From an uncultured Candidatus Saccharibacteria bacterium (GTDB taxonomy: Bacteria; Patescibacteriota; Minisyncoccia; Minisyncoccales; Staskawiczbacteraceae), in assembly GCA_964475855.1 (NCBI GenBank), contig CAYZAV010000002.1, positions 51,933 through 115,932 of the forward strand: a DNA stretch of 64,000 nt. Reading direction: 5' to 3'. Position numbers and translations under genes: made by a program. Positions 44,991 to 52,446 of this stretch are shown one piece after another; position 1 is the first letter of the stretch; each line of letters opens with the position of its first letter. The notes beneath the pieces were generated by a model that saw nothing but the letters and a program-made list of their open reading frames with translations, ran no database searches and was not told the origin of the DNA.

Positions 44991-45019
44991 ATAACCACGC
45001 ACAAACTGTGCGTGGTTAT
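44991..45019. repeat. ACGCA/TGCGT hairpin family member
   Basis: ataaccacgcaca-aac-tgtgcgtggttat (13-bp stem). Confidence 0.6.
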
Positions 45020-45036
45020 GTTATATAGTCCACTAG

Positions 45037-45065
45037 TTGAGGAAAATGGTGAGTTTTGCTAGAAT
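45037..45065 (+). promoter_or_regulatory. Promoter of gatCA; predicts a leaderless mRNA
   Basis: TTGAGG(45037-45042)-17-TAGAAT(45060-45065), then 6 nt to ATG 45072. Confidence 0.55.
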
Positions 45066-45071
45066 AATATT

Positions 45072-45356
45072 ATGATTTCAAAAGAAGACGTACAGCATAT
45101 TGCCAAGTTGGCGCGATTGGAACTGGGTCAGCAAGAAGCGATAAAAATGCAGCAGGATATGTCGGCGATTTTAGATTATTTTGATTTGTTGAAAAAAGCG
45201 CCAAAAGTTACAAAGGTTACAAAAGTGACAAAGGTAAAAAATAATGGATTGCGCGACGATAAGGTGGGGCAACAAAATAGTGCTTTGGCGGGAGAACTAA
45301 TCAATGCCGCGCCGGATAAAAAGGATGGATATGTCAAAGTTAAGGCAATACTATAA
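45072..45356 (+). CDS. gatC: Glu/Asp-tRNA amidotransferase subunit C (contains a KVTKVTKVTKV repeat)
   Basis: 94 aa, VQHIAKLARLEL...ILDYFD..., precedes gatA. Confidence 0.88.
   Translation: MISKEDVQHIAKLARLELGQQEAIKMQQDMSAILDYFDLLKKAPKVTKVTKVTKVKNNGLRDDKVGQQNSALAGELINAAPDKKDGYVKVKAIL
45207..45233 (+). repeat. Three tandem in-frame 9-bp units (same family) inside gatC
   Basis: gttacaaag gttacaaaa gtgacaaag, translated (K)VTKVTKVTK. Confidence 0.8.
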
Positions 45357-46796
45357 ATGGATCTTACGTTATTAACCATCGCCCAATTGCATGAGGGGTT
45401 CAAAAAAAAGCAATTTACTTCAACCGAGGTAACCCAAGCGTATTTGGATCGGATTGAAAAAATAGATAGCAAGATCGGGGCGTATTTGTCGGTTGATAGG
45501 GAGGGGGCTTTGGAGCAAGCGTTGTTGGCGGATAAGATTATCCAGACACACCCTTCGACTAGCGCTCAGGGCAAGAAAGATTTTCCGGTATTGACGGGCG
45601 TGCCGTGCTCTATTAAAGACGCCATTTTAGTGAAGGGGCAAAAGGCAACTTCGGCTTCAAAAATTTTGGAAAACTATGAAGCTTCCTACGATGCCACGGT
45701 AATTTCGCGCCTCAAAAAACAGAACGCCGTAATTTTGGGAAAAACAAATTTGGATGAATTTGCCATGGGGGCGAGCACGGAAAATTCGGCATACGGTGTT
45801 ACCAGAAATCCACACGATGTCAGCAGGGTGGCAGGTGGAAGTTCGGGGGGCTCGGCGGCTTCAGTGGCAGCACATATGGCAGCGTATTCATTAGGATCAG
45901 ACACAGGCGGTTCTATTAGGTTGCCAGCTTCGTTTTGCGGGGTGGTGGGGCTTAAATCCACGTATGGCACGGTTTCGCGCAGTGGGCTGATTGCCCTGGC
46001 TTCTTCGCTTGACCAAATCGGGCCGTTTGCAAAAACGATTGAAGATGCAAAAATAGTATTTGAAGCTATTTCAGGAAAAGATGCGTTGGATGCAACTTCT
46101 ACCGAATATGAATTTAAAGAAATTGAACGACCACTCAAAGGTTTGAAAATTGGTGTTCCAAAAGAATATTTTTCAAAGGGACTGGATAAAGAGGTTGAAA
46201 AGATCATTAACGGCAGCATTGAAAAAGCGAAAGAGGCTGGCGCAAAAATAATTCCCATCAGCTTGCCGAGCGTGGCCTACGCGGTGGCTTGTTATTATAT
46301 AACGTTAACTTCCGAGGCTTCGTCCAATCTGGCTCGGTTTGACGGAATAAAATATGGGCTGTCGAAACCGGGCGAAAATTTATTGGATGTTTATGTAAAA
46401 AGCAGAGGCGCAGGATTTGGATCCGAGCCAAAACGTCGCATAATGCTTGGTACATATAGCCTTTCCAGCGGATACTATGACGCCTATTACAAAAAAGCGC
46501 AGCAGGTACGCGAATTGATCAAACAAGATTTTGCCGCGGCATTTAAAAAAGTAGATGTGATTTTTGCGCCCGTTTCGCCGTATCCGGCATTTCGCGTGGG
46601 TGAAAAAGCGGCTGACCCGCTGGCGATGTATTTGGTGGATATTTACACGGTTTCCGTGAACTTGGCCGGAATTCCAGCACTTTCCATGCCTGCCGGCGCC
46701 GTTGAAAAACTTCCGGTTGGCCTGCAGATCATCGGAAATCATTTCGAAGAAAATATTATTTTGGCTGTGGCAGGGGCCATGGAAAAAATGCTATAA
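45357..46796 (+). CDS. gatA: Glu/Asp-tRNA amidotransferase subunit A
   Basis: Amidase signature GGSSGGSAASVA...GSDTGGSIR. Confidence 0.95.
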   Translation: MDLTLLTIAQLHEGFKKKQFTSTEVTQAYLDRIEKIDSKIGAYLSVDREGALEQALLADKIIQTHPSTSAQGKKDFPVLTGVPCSIKDAILVKGQKATSASKILENYEASYDATVISRLKKQNAVILGKTNLDEFAMGASTENSAYGVTRNPHDVSRVAGGSSGGSAASVAAHMAAYSLGSDTGGSIRLPASFCGVVGLKSTYGTVSRSGLIALASSLDQIGPFAKTIEDAKIVFEAISGKDALDATSTEYEFKEIERPLKGLKIGVPKEYFSKGLDKEVEKIINGSIEKAKEAGAKIIPISLPSVAYAVACYYITLTSEASSNLARFDGIKYGLSKPGENLLDVYVKSRGAGFGSEPKRRIMLGTYSLSSGYYDAYYKKAQQVRELIKQDFAAAFKKVDVIFAPVSPYPAFRVGEKAADPLAMYLVDIYTVSVNLAGIPALSMPAGAVEKLPVGLQIIGNHFEENIILAVAGAMEKML

Positions 46797-46886
46797 TTCT
46801 ATTGATAATAGAATTCGCGGAACCTCGCGGAAATTAACACGGAAAAACGCAGAAGTATGCAGCGTAGTTCCGCGTGAAATTCCGCG
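46794..46886. repeat. Word-built inverted repeats (ttcgcggaa words)
   Basis: Palindrome aattctatt-gat-aatagaatt, then ttcgcggaacctcgcggaaatt pairing with agttccgcgtgaaattccgcg. Confidence 0.55.
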
Positions 46887-46912
46887 TCATTCAGCGCATT
46901 TTATGCAATAAA

Positions 46913-47452
46913 ATGTCTTGGGAACAACTTTACGATTTATTAAAAATAAAAGAATTTATTTATTTTATTTCTTCGCCTGCCATCCAGGAACAGCTTTTTG
47001 GTGTCAAAATTATTTTTTTATTTTTCACCGTTTTTTTTCTGGCAGGGATTATTTATTTTTATCTTAACAGCAGTTATTTGCAGTACCAATTTTTGCAAGA
47101 CACCACAGAATTTTTTTCCTGGCAGCCCTATGGTTTGCGCGAGGTTAATAAACGCTGGGGCCAGATTACTAAGCGCATTGTTTCCGGCACAGAAACCGAG
47201 TATAGACTTGCCCTGATAGAAGCTGACGATTTTTTGTACCAGGTACTGGAGGAAAAAGGATACCAAGGTGAAACGTTTGAAGAATTGCTGGCCGCGGCCA
47301 AAATGAAAATCCCCAACTATGTTGAAGTAGTCGGGGCGCATAAGGTGCGCAACGAAATTGTCTATAATACCGATTATTCGATTGACGTGGAAAACGCCCG
47401 GCAGTTACTTTCTATTTACGAAAGCACCATAAAAACCATTTTTACTTCGTAA
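46913..47452 (+). CDS. Hypothetical membrane protein
   Basis: Start at MSWEQLYDLL. TM VKIIFLFFTVFFLAGIIYFYL. Confidence 0.45.
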   Translation: MSWEQLYDLLKIKEFIYFISSPAIQEQLFGVKIIFLFFTVFFLAGIIYFYLNSSYLQYQFLQDTTEFFSWQPYGLREVNKRWGQITKRIVSGTETEYRLALIEADDFLYQVLEEKGYQGETFEELLAAAKMKIPNYVEVVGAHKVRNEIVYNTDYSIDVENARQLLSIYESTIKTIFTS

Positions 47453-47466
47453 TGGTTTTGGCGAAA

Positions 47467-47574
47467 TTACCTTAGAAATCCAACGCCCACCGAAAATGCC
47501 ACCATGCTGATTGCCACTAGGCTGATGAGGGCTACCCAAACGCCTTTAAGTATCTTTTTTTGGTTAAATTTCAT
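47467..47574 (-). CDS. Possible 35-aa small membrane protein
   Basis: My translation: MKFNQKKILKGVWVALISLVAISMVAFSVGVGFLR. Its ATG abuts the dispersed element exactly as at rpmB and rplQ. Confidence 0.3.
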   Translation of the reverse strand: MKFNQKKILKGVWVALISLVAISMVAFSVGVGFLR

Positions 47575-47745
47575 GAATTTATGAACGAAGTGAATAAATT
47601 CACCTCGGAAATCAGGCTTAATTATATCGTATACCTTGCGGCCTGATTTCCGCTGGATACCTTATTCGGAAATCAGGCTTAATTATATCGTATACCTTGC
47701 GGCCTGATTTACGCGGGATACCTTATTTTCTCGCAGGATACCTTT
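47575..47745 (-). repeat. Dispersed leader-proximal element, copy 3, with a tandem 61-bp duplication
   Basis: Units 47606-47666 and 47667-47727 differ at 2 positions. A partial third ggatacctttatt box follows. Confidence 0.75.
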
Positions 47746-47766
47746 ATTGTTTAATATTACTTTTTT

Positions 47767-48165
47767 ATGATACCGCGTTTAAAGAAAAAAAACCAGAAAC
47801 ATCCGTATAAAAAGATGCTGATAATGCTTGGCGGAGTTTGTCTTTTACTGATTGCCACCGGGTTGGTGGTGGCTAGTATTAATATGTACCAAAAAAAACG
47901 TGAGCTTTCTTACCAAGTCAAAAGCCTGGAAAATAAAATGCTCCAAATGCAGCAAAAAAACCAGGAACTCAAGCAAGGCATTGCAAAATCCGACGATGAG
48001 CAGTATATAGAAAAGGTGGCGCGCGAAGAACTTGACCTGCAAAAACCGGGGGAAAAAGTATTTTCATTTATCCGGGCAGAAAAGGAAGCGTCCGCAGAGG
48101 TAGAACAATCAGTAAATTTTTGGCAAGCATGGGTCGCCTGGGTTGCGGGTATTGTTCAGTGGTAG
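47767..48165 (+). CDS. FtsB/DivIC-like septum formation initiator
   Basis: N-terminal TM, coiled coil, VAREELDLQKPGEKVF motif. The 3' end overlaps tRNA-Gly by 21 nt. Confidence 0.65.
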   Translation: MIPRLKKKNQKHPYKKMLIMLGGVCLLLIATGLVVASINMYQKKRELSYQVKSLENKMLQMQQKNQELKQGIAKSDDEQYIEKVAREELDLQKPGEKVFSFIRAEKEASAEVEQSVNFWQAWVAWVAGIVQW

Positions 48166-48215
48166 AATGCGACCTTCCCAAGGTCGAGACACGGGTCCGA
48201 TTCCCGTTACCCGCT
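48145..48215 (+). tRNA. tRNA-Gly (CCC)
   Basis: Hand-folded cloverleaf: acceptor gcgggta/tacccgc, anticodon loop ttCCCaa, T arm acggg-tccgatt-cccgt. No encoded CCA. Confidence 0.85.
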
Positions 48216-48230
48216 CAGGGTTTTTTGTGT

Positions 48231-48303
48231 GCCACCTTAGCTCAGTTGGCAGAGCACCACTTTCGTAAAGTGGGGGTCCGCGGTTCGATCCCGCGAGGTG
48301 GCT
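48231..48303 (+). tRNA. tRNA-Thr (CGT)
   Basis: Acceptor gccacct/aggtggc, anticodon loop ttCGTaa, T arm cgcgg-ttcgatc-ccgcg. Confidence 0.88.
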
Positions 48304-48423
48304 CCCTTGAAAATATAGGTTGACAATAAGGGGCATTAGGATAACATAGCTATAATAAGGCATATGGGAAAGTTTGTCATGATCGGCAAACTGATATGTC
48401 TTATGTGGTATAGGAGTTGCGCG

Positions 48424-48888
48424 ATGAGCAATAAGGGATTTTCTGGGGTTGCCGGGTCATCGTTTTTGGAATCGCCCGACGATGGACCCGTTTTCAGCAG
48501 TTTCCGGGTGGTCAGTCCGCCTGTCGAGCCAATCCGTCGGCCGCAAGTTGGTGTGTCAGAGCAACAGCAATTTGATGCCATGGCAGAGAGGGGATTAATT
48601 GTTTTTATGAGTGTTCTCACATTGATGCGCACCGGAAAAACGCAAAATGTCTTACAGACCATTGCCGAAGGTGAGAATATGCACATTATCGCCTGTTTCC
48701 TGGCACAAGCTTTTCACGGAAACCTTTCCATGCATGTGGTCCGTAAAAAAGCCCGTGGCTACGATGAGCTGCGCAAATTTGTCAGCGCCCGTGTTGCCGA
48801 GTTGCGCCGGCAAAAACAAGAATTCCCGGAAAATTATTCCGGTCTTGCCAATAGGCTCTTTACCAACAGACATCTTTCGCTTCCTTAA
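48424..48888 (+). CDS. Hypothetical protein (154 aa, G+C-rich cassette next to tRNAs)
   Basis: AGGAGttgcgcgATG at 48424. No recognisable motif. Terminator downstream. Confidence 0.5.
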   Translation: MSNKGFSGVAGSSFLESPDDGPVFSSFRVVSPPVEPIRRPQVGVSEQQQFDAMAERGLIVFMSVLTLMRTGKTQNVLQTIAEGENMHIIACFLAQAFHGNLSMHVVRKKARGYDELRKFVSARVAELRRQKQEFPENYSGLANRLFTNRHLSLP

Positions 48889-48914
48889 CTCTTTTGCGAA
48901 ATAAGATACCCATG

Positions 48915-48943
48915 CCTCCAGCGCTCAAGCGCCGGAGGTTTTT
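48915..48943 (+). terminator. Intrinsic terminator
   Basis: CCTCCAGCGC-tcaa-GCGCCGGAGG followed by ttttt. Confidence 0.65.
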
Positions 48944-48982
48944 AATTTTCACATTTTTAAAAAATATGGTAAAATTCCCAAT

Positions 48983-50057
48983 ATGGATACGAGGTTAACT
49001 ATTCAAGAGTTAGAGCAAAAGGTCCACGTATTGGTGGACCGGCTTTGATGTGGATAGCAAGGAAAAAGAGCTACAGGAGCTGGAGCGCCAGGCGGGCATG
49101 CCAGATTTTTGGAATGACCACGCCTCGGCGGCAGTAGTTAGTCAGCAGATTTCAGGATTAAAAGAAGAACTGCAAACGGTTGAAGCACTTAAAAAAGAAC
49201 TACAGGATTTAAAAGAGTTGAATGCTTTGGATCAGGTTGATGAAATGGCTTTTGTAAGTTTGAGAAAACGAATTGAAAAAGAAGAATTTCGGATTTTTTT
49301 AAGCGGCAAGCATGACAAAAGCAACGCCATTCTGGAAATTTTTTCGGGAGCGGGCGGAGTGGATGCCCAGGATTGGGTGACTATGGTATTAAGGATGTAC
49401 CAGCGTTATTGTGCGACAAAGGGGTTTGAGGTGAATATTTTGCACCAGTCGTTTGGCGAAGGCGGCGGGCCTGATGGGCGCATTGGTACCAAAAATGTGA
49501 CCTTAGAAATACGTGGAAAATATGCTTATGGTTTTTTGAAAAAAGAAGCGGGGGTGCATCGGTTGGTCAGGCAATCACCCTTTTCCGCCCAAAAATTACG
49601 TCATACTTCATTTGCTTTGGTGGAAGTGATGCCCGAGATTGAAGAAAGCGCAGAATTAGAGCTAAAACCGGAAGAATTGCGGGTTGATACGTTTCGCGCT
49701 TCCGGCCCCGGCGGGCAGTATGTTAATAAAACCGAATCGGCTATTCGCATTACACATATTCCCACCGGCATTGCCGTTGCCAGCCAGTCTGAACGGAGTC
49801 AGGGCAGAAACCGCGAGCACGCCATGAAAATTTTATACTCAAAACTACACCAACTAAAAGAACAGCAGCACAAAAAAGAATTGAAAGAAATAAAAGGCGA
49901 CAGCGTCAGTGCAAGTTGGGGAAACCAGATCAGAAGTTATGTGCTACACCCATATAAAATGGTCAAAGATTTACGTACCCAATATGAAACTTCCCAGGCA
50001 GAAAAAGTATTGGACGGTGATTTGGAGGAATTCATTCAGGCTGAACTAAAAATATAA
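48983..50057 (+). CDS. prfB: Peptide chain release factor 2, requires a programmed +1 frameshift at CTT TGA (49043-49048)
   Basis: ORF0 is MDTRLTIQELEQKVHVLVDRL, ending at stop TGA 49046-49048. The +1 frame continues DVDSKEKELQ..., with SPF and GGQ motifs downstream. Confidence 0.9.
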
Positions 50058-50737
50058 TGATCCAATTTCAAAAAGTTACTAAAATTTACGAGCCCAATGT
50101 GACGGTACTCCAAGACGTTTCTTTTGATGTAAAAGAGGGGGAGTTTGTTTCCATTGTGGGGAAATCCGGAGCTGGAAAAACAACGCTCATCCGTATGGTG
50201 CTTGGGTTAGAAACGCCTACGTATGGCAGTGTATTTTTCAACGGTCAAAACGTCAGCCAGGTGGATGGCGCAGCTCTTCAGCAAATCCGCCGGAAAATCG
50301 GGGCTATTTACCAGGATTATAAATTACTGTCAGGAAGGACGGTGTACGAAAATGTAGCGTATGTCATGGAAACCAGTGGCCGGGAAAATTCTGAAATTGA
50401 ACAAGAAGTGCCAAAAGTATTGGAAGTGATTGGTTTGCAGGATAAAATGGAAAATTTCCCGCATGAACTTTCTGGCGGCGAACAACAAAGACTGGCCATT
50501 GCCCGTGCCTTGGTGAATTACCCGGATGTGATTATTGCCGATGAACCGACGGGCAACTTAGACCCGTATAATGCCTATGAAGTGTTAAGCTTGCTGGAAA
50601 AAATCAACCGAGCCGGAAAAACCGTGATTTTAGCAACCCACGACCGCGAGATGGTAAACCGACTGCAAAAACGCGTCATCACACTGGAAAATGGCCGAGT
50701 CATAAGGGATGAAGTTAAAGGAAGATTTGTTATTTAA
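50057..50737 (+). CDS. ftsE: Cell division ATP-binding protein FtsE
   Basis: Walker A GKSGAGKTT, LSGGEQQR signature; precedes ftsX. Confidence 0.9.
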   Translation: MIQFQKVTKIYEPNVTVLQDVSFDVKEGEFVSIVGKSGAGKTTLIRMVLGLETPTYGSVFFNGQNVSQVDGAALQQIRRKIGAIYQDYKLLSGRTVYENVAYVMETSGRENSEIEQEVPKVLEVIGLQDKMENFPHELSGGEQQRLAIARALVNYPDVIIADEPTGNLDPYNAYEVLSLLEKINRAGKTVILATHDREMVNRLQKRVITLENGRVIRDEVKGRFVI

Positions 50738-50750
50738 TTATTCTAAATAA

Positions 50751-51665
50751 ATGCTTACCAATTTTAAACGGGTAGTAAACTTTGCACTGGTTGATTTTCA
50801 TCGTAACAAGGGCATGTCCGTGGCCGCTATTTTTGTGCTGACCATTACCATTTTATTGGTGACGGGATTATTTTTTTTGCAGGGTATTAACCATTACCTG
50901 ATCCAAAGCCTGCAAAACAAAATTGACATCACGGCATATTTTCAAGAAAACACTTCAGAGGAAGATATCTTGGGTGTGCGGGAAGAACTGATTAAAGATG
51001 CTCCGGAAATAAAAAACATTGAGTATGTTTCGCGCGAAGATGCGCTGGCAAATTTTAACGAAAAGCATAAAGACAATCCTGTTTTTTCCCAGGCACTTAG
51101 TGAGGTGGGGGACAATCCGTTTTTACCATCACTAAACATTACCACCAGCGGCACTGCCAATGATTACGAACAAGTGGCAAAAACGTTGGAGCAGGAAAAA
51201 TTCAGCCCATTCATAGAAAAGGTTGATTTTTCGCAGAAAAAGGATACTATAGAGAAAGTATTTTCGCTTACCTCAAGCGTAAATCGGGTGGGTATTAGTT
51301 TGGGGTTAGTGCTGATATTGATTGTTATCTTGGTGGTCTTTAACACCATAAAACTGGTAGTTGATGCTTCGCGCGAAGAAATCGCCACCCAGCGCATTGT
51401 GGGGGCTTCCAGCTGGTTTGTGCGCGCGCCGTTTGTGATTGAGGGGGCGCTGTTTGGGGCCATTGCCTTTATCCTTTGTTTTTTCATGGCCCTGGCCGTT
51501 TGCTACTTTTTATCGCCCATATTAGAGTTGATTATGCCAGGTTTTTCCCTGTTTTCCTATTTCCTTTCCAATATGCTGCTATTGATCGCCATCCAGTTTG
51601 GGGTAGGGGTAGGGCTAGGCGTAGTAGCAAGTTTTATTGTGGTGAGGAAATATTTGAAAGCGTAA
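50751..51665 (+). CDS. ftsX: Cell division permease-like protein FtsX
   Basis: 304 aa, 4 TM with a large periplasmic loop; follows ftsE. Confidence 0.85.
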   Translation: MLTNFKRVVNFALVDFHRNKGMSVAAIFVLTITILLVTGLFFLQGINHYLIQSLQNKIDITAYFQENTSEEDILGVREELIKDAPEIKNIEYVSREDALANFNEKHKDNPVFSQALSEVGDNPFLPSLNITTSGTANDYEQVAKTLEQEKFSPFIEKVDFSQKKDTIEKVFSLTSSVNRVGISLGLVLILIVILVVFNTIKLVVDASREEIATQRIVGASSWFVRAPFVIEGALFGAIAFILCFFMALAVCYFLSPILELIMPGFSLFSYFLSNMLLLIAIQFGVGVGLGVVASFIVVRKYLKA

Positions 51666-51673
51666 TAATATAT

Positions 51674-51752
51674 GTGACAAAAGTAGCAAAGGAAGCAGAA
51701 GATACAAAGGCCTTTGAGCCATCTGTATCCTTTGTTACGTTTGAAACTTTTT
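51674..51752. repeat. Hairpin built from GTKRCAAAG-type 9-mers
   Basis: gtgacaaaa gtagcaaag gaagcagaa gatacaaag pairs with cctttgagccatctgtatcctttgttacgtttgaaac. Confidence 0.55.
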
Positions 51753-51758
51753 GATCAT

Positions 51759-51829
51759 TGCGGGATCGTCTAATGGTAGGACACATCCCTCTGAAGGATG
51801 TTATCTTGGTTCGAGTCCAAGTCCCGCAG
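51759..51829 (+). tRNA. tRNA-Gln (CTG)
   Basis: Acceptor tgcggga/tcccgca (U1-A72), anticodon loop ctCTGaa, T arm cttgg-ttcgagt-ccaag. Confidence 0.85.
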
Positions 51830-51963
51830 CAGTCTAGGCCTACCGAGACGGGTCATAAAACCCGCTCGGTAACCAGATTCTTTTCCTTTGATAGCAAACC
51901 GGCTGAGCGCCGCATTCAGAACAGAAATTCGCCCAAAAGGCGATTTTTTGTTAGAATCAACTT

Positions 51964-52434
51964 ATGAAGATGAGCAACTTTCTTAAATTAATCACCTGTG
52001 TCATTGTTTCAGAAGCGGCCGGAGTCATTGGCTCTTTTTTTACTGTTTCCGCCATCCCAACTTGGTACGCAACGCTTCAAAAGCCTCCGCTCAATCCTCC
52101 TGGATGGCTTTTCGGCCCTGTCTGGGTGACCCTTTATTTATTGATGGGTATCTCACTATGGTTGATTTGGAAAAGCAACGCCAAAGAAAAGAAAAAAGCA
52201 CTATGGCTATTTTTTGCCCAGTTAATATTAAATGCCATTTGGTCACCAGTATTTTTCGGGGTGCAATCAATTGGCGGATCGTTGGCGATCATTGTACTTC
52301 TGTGGGTTGTCATTGTTTTGACGATTCTGGTATTCACTAAAATATCAAAAACTGCGGCTTGGCTGTTGATTCCATATATTCTCTGGGTAAGTTTTGCCGC
52401 GTATTTAAATTTTGGTATTTGGATTTTAAATTAA
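51964..52434 (+). CDS. tspO: TspO/MBR family tryptophan-rich sensory protein
   Basis: WYATLQKPPLNPPGWLFGPVWVTLYLLMG... 5-TM pattern. Confidence 0.85.
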   Translation: MKMSNFLKLITCVIVSEAAGVIGSFFTVSAIPTWYATLQKPPLNPPGWLFGPVWVTLYLLMGISLWLIWKSNAKEKKKALWLFFAQLILNAIWSPVFFGVQSIGGSLAIIVLLWVVIVLTILVFTKISKTAAWLLIPYILWVSFAAYLNFGIWILN

Positions 52435-52446
52435 TCAAATAACCTT

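Noticed and set aside
47606-47727. Tandem 61-bp repeats considered as a possible CRISPR array.
   Set aside because: There are only about 2.3 contiguous units with no unique spacers between them. The unit is the hairpin of the dispersed leader-proximal element, and no cas genes are present.
48109-48363. ORFs 48109..48363(-), 48120..48323(+) and 51758..51967(+).
   Set aside because: They are read-throughs of tRNA-Gly, tRNA-Thr and tRNA-Gln genes, not coding sequence.
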